From Raillietiella orientalis (Eukaryota), in contig JAYWIR010000002.1 of NCBI GenBank assembly GCA_036172245.1, forward strand, positions 7,254,001 to 7,318,000: a stretch of 64,000 bases of DNA, written 5' to 3'. Below the pieces are notes generated by a model. That model had not been told where the DNA came from. It searched no databases and was given only the letters and a program-made list of their open reading frames with translations. Shown piece by piece: positions 1 through 11,100 of the stretch; within the stretch, counting starts at the first letter, position 1, and each line of letters starts with the position of its first letter. The position numbers and the translations under genes are program-made.

Positions 1-335
1 TCATCACGTCTATTTTTGATACACCTTAACGAATTCGAATGGTCTTCGGTCTTCGGTGGGAATCCCCCTCCCTCCCGCTCGAATCGGTCGGGGAACCTCG
101 AACTCGCGCTCCGTGCGCTCGAGACCGCATCTCGGACCGCTTGGTAGCAGCAGCACGAGCGCTCAGGTCTTGAGAACTCCCCCCCTCCCCCTCCATGTCG
201 GTGCAATGAGGTTCCTCCCTCTCGGCGCACAACTCGTCAAAGGCCCTTCGTTCCTTCCACCGCATTCTGAGACCCGACCCGGTTTCCGTCCGGAGACCTC
301 CAGGTGATGCGCGAGGACGCGCCCACGGACATGTC
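1..335 (-). mobile_element. Degraded non-LTR retrotransposon ORF2 fragment (APE-RT linker)
   Basis: Minus ORF 26..379 reads RMRWKERRAFDELC...GARVRGSPTDSSGREGDS, resembling the W..K..IR and GA.IRSR...GE motifs of the L1/Tx1 ORF2 linker. Confidence 0.4.
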
Positions 336-366
336 CGACAAGGAGAAGGAAGAAGAGGGAAATTCT

Positions 367-3300
367 CACTCGGTGACACCGGGGCGTTCCTTTTATAAAA
401 AGGAAAAAAAAATAAACAAGAAGGTCAGGAAGAAGGCGGTCCCCGAAACCAAAACAAAAGACAACAAGACCATCGGAGGGTCCACCAACAAGCAGGTCTG
501 TATCTCGAAAAGTCCTTTAACGGGAAGAGGAAGGGGACAAGGAACAAAGAAAGGAGGAAAGGGGAGGGTGAGGGGACCAGGGTCTTTGCTTCGTCTCGTT
601 CCTCCTCGGAATACAGGGAAGAGTTCGGAACGAAAGGAAAGACGAGGACAGGGGTCACCGGTGTTCCTTCCTTCTGAAACCGACGCTCGATCCCCTTCCT
701 AACTTTTCCTCCCAGGTGAGACAACCTGGCAGTCGTCCTCACTTAGGCGTAGGCGGCCCGCACGCAGGCGACCTCCCCTCGCCGCGCCCGAAGCTCCAAC
801 ATGGCGGGCTGCGACGACGCAGCACGTCGTCGCAACCACAGCGGCGCGACTCCGCCTCTCGCGAAGAGTCGCCGCAGCAAGTCCTCAGCAGCGTCCTCCG
901 CCGCGCGCAGGAGTGCGGGCTCCATCCTCCGCCAAAGTTCCTGGAGGGCGCCGCAGTCCAGCAGCAGATGTGGGAACGATTCGATCGCCCCGCGCCGCAA
1001 ACAGTTGGGGGGATGCCATCCTCCCCTTCTCCCCAGGAACCAGGCTCCTAAGCTGGTCGCACCGGAGACCCCAGTGCAGCAACAGAAGCACGTCCGATGG
1101 TTGCCGCTCCAAGGGGAACACGGAAGAGCTCACGCACAGGGGGAGAAGGGCAGCGAGTTCTTCGGGAGGGGGTGCACTCGACAGCTCGCTCCAGAGAAGC
1201 GGTTCCTTCGCCCGGCCGGGCGGAGTGACGGCTCCCACCAGCTCGCTCGGCTGCCCGGCCTCCCAGGAGTTTAATTCTTTCTGCAATGATGCGGGAGAGA
1301 TCTCCCCCCGCCGGCAAGCAACTGTCTCTGCTTGCCCTCAGGGCAGACAGCGCTGCGGCGGCAAGGGTGTGGCCAGACAGGCAGACTTCGAATCCCGCAA
1401 AACACCCCCCCTTGGAAGGATTGTGGAAAGAACGCAATGGACGAATCACTCGCGGGAAAGGTGCAAATTTGGAAGTCCAGGAGACGGATGTTTCTGCGGT
1501 CACTCTCTCGAGATTATTGGGTGACAGGAACTCCAAGAATGGGAATTCCGGAATGGAGGCAAGTTGCCGGAACGGGAAGCCAACCCCCCTCACCCTGCAT
1601 CGACAGCGCAGTAGCAGCAATAAGAGTACCGACGCAACGCCGAAGGGTGAGGTGCTCAGGAGCACACCATGGGGAGGTCCACGATTTGGCACAGAGTGAC
1701 AGTGTTCCGAACTGCACTAGCAGCCCGATTTTCTGCAGCATCAGGATGCCCAGCCAGTATCCTGACACGGCATCACCAAGTGCCTCAGTCGGATCCGGGA
1801 CCTTGCAGAGCCCAACGGGACTTCTCTCAGGAAGCGCTGCTCCCGGATCTTCACCGAGTAAGGGGAAGGGCAAAGGAAAAACAAAGGGTGGAATAAGGGG
1901 GGTAAGAAAGGTGAAGAGGAAGAGAACGGGCGGCTGTCGAGCGCCCCAGGGAAGCACCTCCGAGTGCGGTCTCAGCGGGGAGAGTGCCCTAGGAGTGCGC
2001 CCACTGCGGGACAGGAGGAAACCCGCCGCACGTGCTTCCTGAACGAGGATGGCTACCTCAGGAATGTAGGCGCATCGCTGAAGCTCTCCGGTTTCCCGAT
2101 GCTCCACTTCTCTGGGATCGCCGGTTGCCTACACTCGAGAGAGATCTGTCACGTGCGAGAAGCAGTGACTCCCCCCCTTCTCTCCTCCCCAAAATGGAGG
2201 AGGGGCGTGGCCGTCTTGTCCCGGAAAACCCTTTATCGATCCCCATCGCCTCCTTCGGAAGGGCAGGGAAACGATCTAACCAGGGATGTGTGGAGCACAA
2301 GATCTTCGGGCGACTATGGGCAGGATAACTCCAAACCGTACCTTCTCCTCGCATCCCTTCCCGGTCCAACGAAGACCTCCAGGGCCGCTTCATCACTTTC
2401 CCTCCCTATTCATCTCGTACTGCTCCGTAACTCTGCCTTGAGCCGGCACGTGCCGGACGCCAGCCGTACTTGTTTTATTTATTTATTTCAAAGAAACGGC
2501 CTGGAAACCCTATACGCTCTAATAGTAATGGTTTGAGGATCATTACCCACAATGATTGGTGGAATGGCTTCACCTCGTGCCTTCTCCACGACATTCCTTT
2601 CTGATTGTGCATTGAAAGCTGCTTTTCGTTCTTGTTTCCGTCATCAGCATCAATTAGCGCACACTAATTAATCCCTCGTTATTCTCACGTGTCCGTCGAA
2701 AGGTGTTTTTCGCCACTGGACGGTTGCTGCCGCTGCTGCAACCACCAGAAACAACGCTCCAGGACGTGCAGTCTCGAATGGAAGACTCGAGTGGGAAGCT
2801 CCCTTTCTGGGGTGCCCAAGAGTGTCCTCTTGGGTGCCCCGGAGAGAGGGGGGAACTCGGGGTGGGGCCAACCAAAAGTCACTTCCAGCATGGACCTTGC
2901 CTCGGAAAGTCGACGCTCTCTTCCAACATTGCGCCACTCCCGGTTCTTCGCTCGCTCGGGTCTTAAGCTAACGAGCCGACTGTCCGAAAGCACCGGCGAC
3001 AAGAGAGGTTCGAGATAAACCTCTACCGCTTTTCCACTCGGCCCTCCGAAAGGAAGGGAAAATTTCGCATCCGTGGCTCCCCTCTTGGTTGCCAACGCCG
3101 CGTCAAGCAGTGGCGTCACAGGCGAGGGTCCAAGACCTTCGTGAAATAGTCACCCCTTTCGGTGTCTACGCTGGGACTCGCGCTTCTGGGCGGCGCGAAT
3201 TGCTCACACCACCCCAGAAAGGGTTGCCGCGACCCCGCCGCGACCGATGAGAGGCGCTCCGCGGCGAACCGAGAGCCTCTCTCGCTGCGGGAAGGCTGTG

Positions 3301-4479
3301 TCCCTCCGTACGAGCTTCCAGCCAGTGCGCGGGAACGATCTCCGATTCTCGTTGCACCTGGAAGAATCCTCCGCACCTTTTTTCCTCCGTTTAGCAGCCC
3401 AAGTTCCTCTCGCAGGCACTTCTTGAATGCTGAAGTCGGGAAAATGTCTTGCAGCCTCCGCAGGAGCGAGTACGTGTTCGCCCGAAGCATCTTGTGATGG
3501 GGAGCGGTGCGGGCGTGGCGATCGAAAGCTGTAGGGGCAAAGGCGGAAGGTTCCAGAAAATCTTCGGAGAAGGGCGCCCATCGGAGTTTCGTTACATCTC
3601 CCGCACTGCGGCCACGGTGGAAATCAGGAGCTGTCCTCCGGGAAACCCGATCGAAGGGGGCGCGTCGACCACCGGACGGAGAGGAGGAAGACGAACTCCC
3701 GACGAAAGCAGCAGACAGCCAGGCGGAGACCAACTTCGAGCTGGTGAGTCACACACGCTGGTAGGAAGAGGCCATGACGGTCGCGACATCCCAGACGGCA
3801 TGTCTTTTGCCAGAGGGGCGCAATACGACAGCGACTGTGATGGCAAGGGCATGACGGCGAGGCACGACAGCGACGCGCAGGGAGGCCAAGTTCGTACTGG
3901 GAGAGCGTACGGAGCACCAAGGTACAGCGCGTTTTTGTACACGACGATCACCGCAGACAGGCAGGCAGACGGACGGACGGGCCTTTCAGGCAGCAGCCGA
4001 CCGGGGACTCTTCCCCCGGGATCCGGAATTCCGACGCCCAGCGCATTTTCGTCGCTTTTTCCCTCCCTTTTTTTCTTTTTTGCACTTTCGGTCTTTTGAA
4101 AAGCCAACGGCAGCGTTTCCTGTTGTTGACACGCCCTTCAGACGAGACGCAGGACAAGCCGGGATGGTCACTGTTGCCTCCCTCGCAGCACGAGCGGCGG
4201 GAGGTGCGAAAGCGCACGCTCCCACTTTGGCGCCTTCCGCCGCGCCTCGCGGACTCTGCGTGCGGCCGCTCCTCGCGTCGGAAACCGAGCAGTGGGGAAG
4301 ACCGCCATTGCCTTCGGCGCACGCGCGCCCATGCGCCCTGCAGGAAACTCGGAACGGCGGCGGCTCCGGGTACGAGTGGGAAAAGCGTCGGGTAGCAGAA
4401 AGAAAGGGTTCGAAGAGCGAAAAAGATAGAAAAAGAAAGAAAAAAGTCAAAGGGGAGGAGGAAGGGGAGGAGAGGGAAT
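367..4479 (-). mobile_element. Degraded, apparently internally deleted Tx1/L1-like non-LTR element (ORF1 remnant, ORF2 C-terminus, 3'UTR)
   Basis: ORF1-like text at 2685-3119 (LPFGGPSGKAVEVYLEP...RVFHSRLHVLERCF). Post-RT GGLG-like LPERSPVGLCKVPD at ~1790-1835. Degenerate CCHC knuckle NCLRRGAIESFPHLLLDC at ~950-1005. Pyrimidine-rich 3'UTR and terminal hairpin at 367-400. Flanked by imperfect direct repeats 336-366 and 4480-4513. The 5' boundary is inferred from those repeats. Confidence 0.6.
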
Positions 4480-4513
4480 CGACAAAAAAAAAAAAAACAA
4501 AAAGGGAAATTCT

Positions 4514-7500
4514 TTAAGTGGTCACGTTTTGCGCTCTCTCTCATTATTACCCTCGTTCCGAGGTCTCTGAACAGAATGTCGATGAGAAGCAGAAAGGCTG
4601 CGGAGCGGAATCTGCCTCTTGCGCGCTGGCTGCGATTACGAGCGAGCGGGGGCTGCTGAAAGAAAAGACCCGATTTACAGTTACGCACGTGGGGTGCGGG
4701 AGAGGGGGGAGAAGAACAAAAATGGGACCTCTATATTTTTCGACTCGGGCTCGTTCGAGACGATTAGGAGATGCATGCCTACGTGACCTCCGTAGTGGTG
4801 GCTCTTGAGCAAGTGCTTGACTGCGACCGCAGTTTCTACCTTCTATCCACCCACCCCCCTTTCTTTTGCATGTTCACTCCACACTCATCCAGCGGTTCTT
4901 GGGGTCGTCGCAACTTCACATTTGCTCACTTCTCCGGCCCCTACCCCCACTTCCTCCTTCTCCTTTCCCTTTGCAATCGGCCGAAGGACCGTTTCCGGGA
5001 TAGAAGAATCCCAAACGCGATGGTTGCGATTTCCAGCCGGAGGCAACTGCTTTGCTGCTGCTCCTGCGAAAGCGCCTGCCGTCTTCCAGTGGAACACTGT
5101 TGCCTCGGACGCCCGGAGCCCAGGCAACGAAGCAACCCTCGGCAGCCTCGGGAGATCCTGCTGACTCTTCTGGTGGCGACGACCTTCGTCCTGCGGGTCG
5201 CACTCCCTCCCCGAAGCCTATACGCTGGGGTGTCCTGGGGGTCCGGCAGGAAGGGGGACGGTTCCGGACCGGCGTCCCCGCGGCTTCCTCGAGGTTCCCG
5301 TACCGAACCGCCGATCCGTTTCTCTCTCTTCCGCGGAGATTCCTGGATACTGCGTGGGGAACGCGTAAGACGACGGCGTGTCTGCGCCGCGCTCCGGGAG
5401 CAGCAAGGAAAGGATGTGCGTGCAAGGCGCCGTTCCCTCGCCGCAAGGTCGGTCCCGAACCCGGCGTGTCACCGCGAGGGAAGGCGTCCAGGAAGCGTTC
5501 CGCCCCTCCCCTTCCCCCTCTATCTTTCTCCCGGGCGCCGACGACGGCGGCGCGCGCGCGACGCGGGGATCGCTTGGTGTCTCCAGGAGGGGGACTGGTA
5601 ACAGGAGTGCGCGCGGGGCTGGGAGAGGCCGCTCCCGGGAGGAATGCAGCAGCGCCAAGGAGGATAGGAAGCCTCAGGGGGGGATCCTGGGATGAGGGGA
5701 GTGCGGAGGAATTCCGAGGATCCCGGATCGGATCGTCCTCAGGGAGCTATCCGAACTCGGGGGGCTTTCGGCTCCATGTCCTGACCTCCCCCGGTGCTTC
5801 CCGCTGAGCATCATCCTTCCTCGCCCTTTGAGATTCTCCTCCTTCGTCTTCGGCCCTCCGACACCGTCTCGGGGTGTTGCGCCCGTGTGGGTGGCGACGG
5901 GTGCATCTTCCGAGGTCAGGGATCGCCCCTTGGGGCTGCGGACGCCCCACACTCCAGGATCGAGGACCACGTTCTTGGGTTGCGGAACGGGTTCTCCCCG
6001 CATCGAAGAGGGGAGATCCCTCGCTTGTTGCTAAAGTTTTTCTTGCCTCTCCCCTGCCGCGCTTTCCGCCCTCTCCCCCGGTGTCGAGATCACGTGATCG
6101 TGACCCGGGAGGGGATGGACGGATTCTCGGAGGCGCACGCTCTGCAGCACTCGCAAGAGTCAAGAGAGAGAGACGCACGTCGTGGCGAGGAGGAGATTCC
6201 TCTCGCCCACCCGGGCAGCACTGCTCCCTTGAGTGACCCCGTACCGATGTAGGGGAGTCCCTCAGCGACCCACGAGACCAACGGCAGACTGCTCCTTGCC
6301 CACCCCGTGCCTGCCTGCCGTTCCCAATCGGTCGCCTTGACTTTCCCGGGAAGGAAGCCGAACGACGGGAGGACACGTATCCCTTCCTGAAGGAGAGGAG
6401 GACTCCACAGCTCCTCCCAGAGCTACATCCGCTCGGCCTCCGGGTGCCCTCTGACCGAAGGGCACGGGCCGGCGAACTTCCGCCTCATGTGCCCTTCGCC
6501 AGTTTCTGCAGCTCCATCTTTGCCTGTTTGGGCGCGCCTCGTTCTCCTTGAACTTCGCCCTCGTGCTCTCAGAGAGTCGCTCTGGGGTGCGTTGGGCTCC
6601 CGCCTTCCCTCTTGCAGGGTCCTCTCTCGACAGAAGCCCCTCTTCGCCTCGTGTTGCCGCAGCCTGCCGTTCTTGGTGGACCAATTCCGCATGGCGTCTC
6701 CCGTGCTCAGCAGCTTGCCGTCTTCTCTTGCCTGCAACTCATCTTCCGGGCTCCTCCTTCTTCTCCCCCCCCGTCCCGCCTTGCTGTCCCGATCCTGAGA
6801 CCTTACCTTCCACGGCTGTGCTCCGCCTCCGCCAGGTCGCGCGCACTTTGCCCGTAGGCGCGCCGCTCCCTGAAGTCAGTTCGAGCTGAGAGAGGCGGTC
6901 GGCTGACCGTGGCACTCGATACTTCCATATGGTAAAAGAACGGGTAGCACCGCGGCGGGTGATTTCGGTCCCCCCCCTCTTTTCTTTCGGAGACATCGCT
7001 CTCCGAAGACTACTCTGGGATCTTTCCGAAGCTCCTCGAGGAGAAGGAGGATGAGGAGGCAGCATCCCCGCTCCTCTCCGTTTGCAGTGATCTCGGGAGG
7101 AGTCTAGCTCGCGGATCTCTTCCCCAACTCCCACCGCTTCTTCCTCGGCGGCCGCTATCACCGCCAGAAAACTCAGCGTGGACGCCGCAGGGGGCGTTCT
7201 CCATCCTTTCTGCCCTTGCCGCAGCTCCGGCAGGTCCCGCGAAAGCTCGTCTCGAAGCCCTCTCGAGGCACCGCTCCCCTATCCCCTTGGAAGGGATCGG
7301 CCACTCTCGAGACCGGGCGAGAGGCAAAGAGACGGGCTGGAGGCAGGGGGATGGGGGGCTCCGCTGCCTCCCCATCCGTCGAAACGCCTGCTAGATGCTC
7401 GTGACCACTGCCAGAGTTAGAGAGCCGAGCCGCGTGACTCGTGAGAAAAGTGCAGAAAGTGTTCGTCACGTGCACGAGGAACGCCTCCTTCCTTTCCAGG
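4514..7500 (-). mobile_element. Degraded Tx1/L1-like element: ORF1 zinc-knuckle remnant followed by APE endonuclease remnant
   Basis: GTCRSCGK (CxxC) at ~7214-7237. ORF 5674..6003 VWGVRSPKGR...PKTKEENL...GRSGHG resembles the APE N-terminus (NVRGL..P.KR, QETK, RS.GVAIL). Many frameshifts; ends approximate. Confidence 0.55.
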
Positions 7501-7579
7501 AATCACCTGCGGGCTCGGCTGCCGCGGATTCCAAGCGATCTCCCAACATGATAAATGGAAATTTAAAAAAAAAAAAAAA

Positions 7580-7758
7580 TGTTTTTTTTTTTGTTTTATT
7601 TGTCTCTTCCCCCTCCGCTGCCGAGTCGAACTCGCCGGCCTGCGCGCTGGCTACTTGGCAAGTTCAGAGTTTTTGTCGGACGTTGTAGGGGCAATGGCCC
7701 TACACATGTTTGTTTGTTTGTTTTTTTAAGAAAATAAACGCCCCGGCGCACCCAGGTG
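7580..7758 (+). mobile_element. 5'-truncated 3'UTR-only insertion of the non-LTR family
   Basis: Homologous to ~56515-56685 (tttgtctc..cccct..gctg.cgag.cgaa...ggcctgcg). Ends AATAAAcgccccggcgcacccaggtg. Flanked by direct repeats tgataaatg(g)aaa..ttA(n) at 7549-7579 and 7759-7789. Confidence 0.7.
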
Positions 7759-8149
7759 TGATAAATGAAAGAGGATTAAAAAAAAAAAAGGGGGGGGGGG
7801 ATACCTACTTCCCATCCCTCGTGCACTTCCATTGGATGCCTTTTCGGCCGCCCAATATGTGTGTCTGTGTATATACACTGTTGCAACACTTGCAGCGAGG
7901 ACATGAAAAATGCTGACGGATGCACGAGTGAAACCCGCGTCTTCCAGGACACCACGGATAGGTCCAGATCCCTGAAGCTGAACGTGGGCTTTCGCAGCCC
8001 CTGAGGGAACCGACGACTTTTCAAGGACCATGACCTTTGCCTCTAGGAATTTCCGCTGCAACCAACTGCCTAGTGCTGCTCCTGCACAAGCAGAACGTCC
8101 CTCCCTGCTGTGCACGGCCACAGCACTTTCGAGAAATGTTGAAGGCGGC

Positions 8150-11100
8150 TGTATGCATTCTTGTCAGTTTCCTGTGAGAAGCGTTGACTCCGTGGCGTTT
8201 CCATAACACCAGCATCATCTAGAAGCGCATGAGCAAAGGGTAGGACGAATCTGGAAAGCAGGAGGAAAGCGGAAGGGAGCTTTCCTCCTGCTTTGTACAG
8301 CATTGCTGATGATTCCGCATGTACGACGAACCGTCAAAAGTTTGAATGACGTCTCTTGAGGAGATGCCGGGAGAGGAATCACAGAAACACGCTCGATGCA
8401 CGCACCTTCCAGCTGACTCTCGGGTTTTTTTGGTTGCCTTCCCTGAGGAATTTCGGAAGCCTGTCCCTCTTAGCCGTTCCGCTAACGTCACCCGAACACG
8501 TCAGCTGCCGAGTTCTCGAGAGCAGCAACCGTTTTTACGGGGCTTTCGAAAATCTCTGAGATCACCAACCAGCTCGGGTCGACTGACTTGCCAGCAGCAG
8601 TGTGGAAGTTGCAAGTTTTCATCTGCTGGCCAGGAGTATCTTCACCGCTTTTTCATCCAGAGGACACCGTCCACGCGAGATTCCAGCTTCGCGGGCCGGC
8701 GTCCCAGACCATGGTTACAAAGGACTGCATCTGGAAGAATGGACCCTGGAATGATATTCCTTCCTTCCTCATATGTCCCACATGTCACGCTGGGACCTGA
8801 AAGATGGTAGCAGTGACTTGTGCTTGGCCAGGACGAAACCAGAGGACACTCTAATGGATGTCCGCAGCGCCCCTAACGTGCAATTTGGTCGTAAGCTGGG
8901 TGCAAGGGTGAACGACGAATCGAACCATCGAGTAGCTGGTTCCCATCGAAGTGTCCCTCAGGATAGCTGGCGCTCATCGAAGAGGCAGGGGAGTCTCGTA
9001 CGGTAAAACGAATGGTTGGAGACCTTGAGGGCGAAATGACCTCTATCTGATCTTCCCGAACTTTGAACGGGTGAGAAGTCCAGCTTTCTTGAACGTCGGA
9101 GTTCGGACCGTCGGATCCACGAGCGCCGAGCTGGCCCATTTCAATAAGCAAAATTGGCGCTGTGGGATGAACCGAACATTGGTTACTCGTCAGATCCCAC
9201 GAAAGGTGTTGGTTGCCATGGACAGCAGAACGGTGGCCATATAGGTCGGAATCTGCTGTGTGTCAAAAGCAACTGGCGCCGCAGCTGAGTGGCGTTCAAC
9301 GGGACGAGAGCCCACCACAACCCGTTCCTGCCTTCCGATTCTGCGTCCCGAAAGTCGTCAGGTTCCTCAGGTTCCGGCGAGTGGGATGCGCGCCGAAAGA
9401 TTCGGACCGACTCTCCTGGAGCCGCCGTCGGCGCGGATCTTGATGGTAGCAGCAGATACACCAGCGAGACCCTGGGGGTTCGTTGTGGAGGGGGACTCCG
9501 TGCGGACGGCCTCCGGGAATGATTCAGCCGATCCGAAGTTCTCAGAAGTTTTCCGTCTGTTGCCGAGGCACCTTGACTGGCTCACTCGATACCTCATGGT
9601 CCCTGGGTCTCAGGATCCAAAAGATCCTAGGACTGGCCTTCTCATTGATGCAGGAGCTCATCTGACCGACGAACTGAAGTCTCCAGTCTTCCGTATTCTT
9701 TCTCTTTTTTTTCCCTGGTCCCTGGGAAGATCTCGAAAAGGCAATGAATATCCTGAAGGACAACTCTTCGTTCTCCTTGAGGCACCAAGATTTTGGATAG
9801 GAGCCACTATCAGATGTCCTCGAATCTGCTGGTGTCCAAAATCCTGCAGAGCGGAAGATCCCAATTCCTCCACGGTCAAGCAGAGGGCCGCTTTGGGGAT
9901 TGAGCCGCCGTCTTCCTGCTAGACCATCCTTTTGTCTTCCGCGTTCCCCTGGAATCAGCGGCGGAATCCTCATAAAGAGGATGCACGCGTTGTTGTTTTC
10001 CCGTCTTTGCTTCGGGAGAGACTCTCTCTTGGAACGTGGTGAGCAGCGGACCCGTGGCGAAGACGGTCAGACGGACGGCGCGTGAAGAGTGAGCGCCTGC
10101 TTTGTATCACTGACACAAGGCAGCTGCGTATTCCTCGACCCACCGAAGAACACCGCCGGAGATCGCACCTACGAGGAAGCAGACGCGAACGGGGCCCATC
10201 CCTGAGGTGGCGAGCCACGTCCCGAGCCGAGCAGCTCCGCGTATAGTCTTCGGAAATCCAAGTCTTGGTGCCCGCGAGTAAAGCCGATGACCCTCTACAG
10301 GCGAACCACACTCGCTCGAACCCAACTGCCTGAGTGAACGGCAGCTGCAAGAGGTGAGGACTGCGCGCGTGGAAGGCGCTTGGCACGGGAAGGCACAGCG
10401 TCGGTCGCTTCATGAGGAACTCCTCCCTTCGCCACAAAGACGAGCGACCATCGGATCAGTCATTAAATCGGGGAGAGAAGGGAGGAGGGGGAGGAAGACT
10501 TGACGATCTCCAGACAGCCGATACCGGAGGTCGAGCGGAGACGGAACCGGGTCTCTGGAAGGAGAGCAGAGCTGCTTCCATCGCACTGGACGTCGCACCT
10601 GCCCTCTCGACAAGTCGACGGCAGCACCGGAAGAAGTTCGACGAAAGGAAGAGCGGGAACGGGAGGCTGAGTCTTCTCCCCTTTCCGCCGCCAGGGTAGC
10701 GGCTGAAGTCGGGAGCTCAGGAAAGCCAGCTCTCGTAGGGGCCGGGAAATAGAGGAAGGATGGCAGCACGGGCCACGCGCGTCTTCCACTGCGACCACGA
10801 GCGGGGGCAGCCAGCAGCGGCGATGGAGAGGCGAGTGTCCAGCCTCTTGGAATCGGCGTGGACCATCGACAGCGAACGGACGAAGCGGCAACCTTCGATC
10901 AGCGCATGCGCGGGAAGTTCGCCTCCGGGCGGCGCGCACTCTCCTATGCGGCTCGCCAAGTCGTGAGCGCGGCACGAGCGAGCGAACCGAACGCCCCACC
11001 ACCGCCACCTCCCAGCAACGCCGCCAGCAGCGAAGAGAAATGAAGATGCCATCCTGCACGCCTTCGCCCATAGTCGCTAGGACGAGCCGCGGAACCAGAC

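Noticed and set aside
7778..7789. Poly(A) tail of the 7580-7758 insertion
   Set aside because: The same A-run and preceding motif occur on the 5' side, so it is better explained as part of the target duplication.
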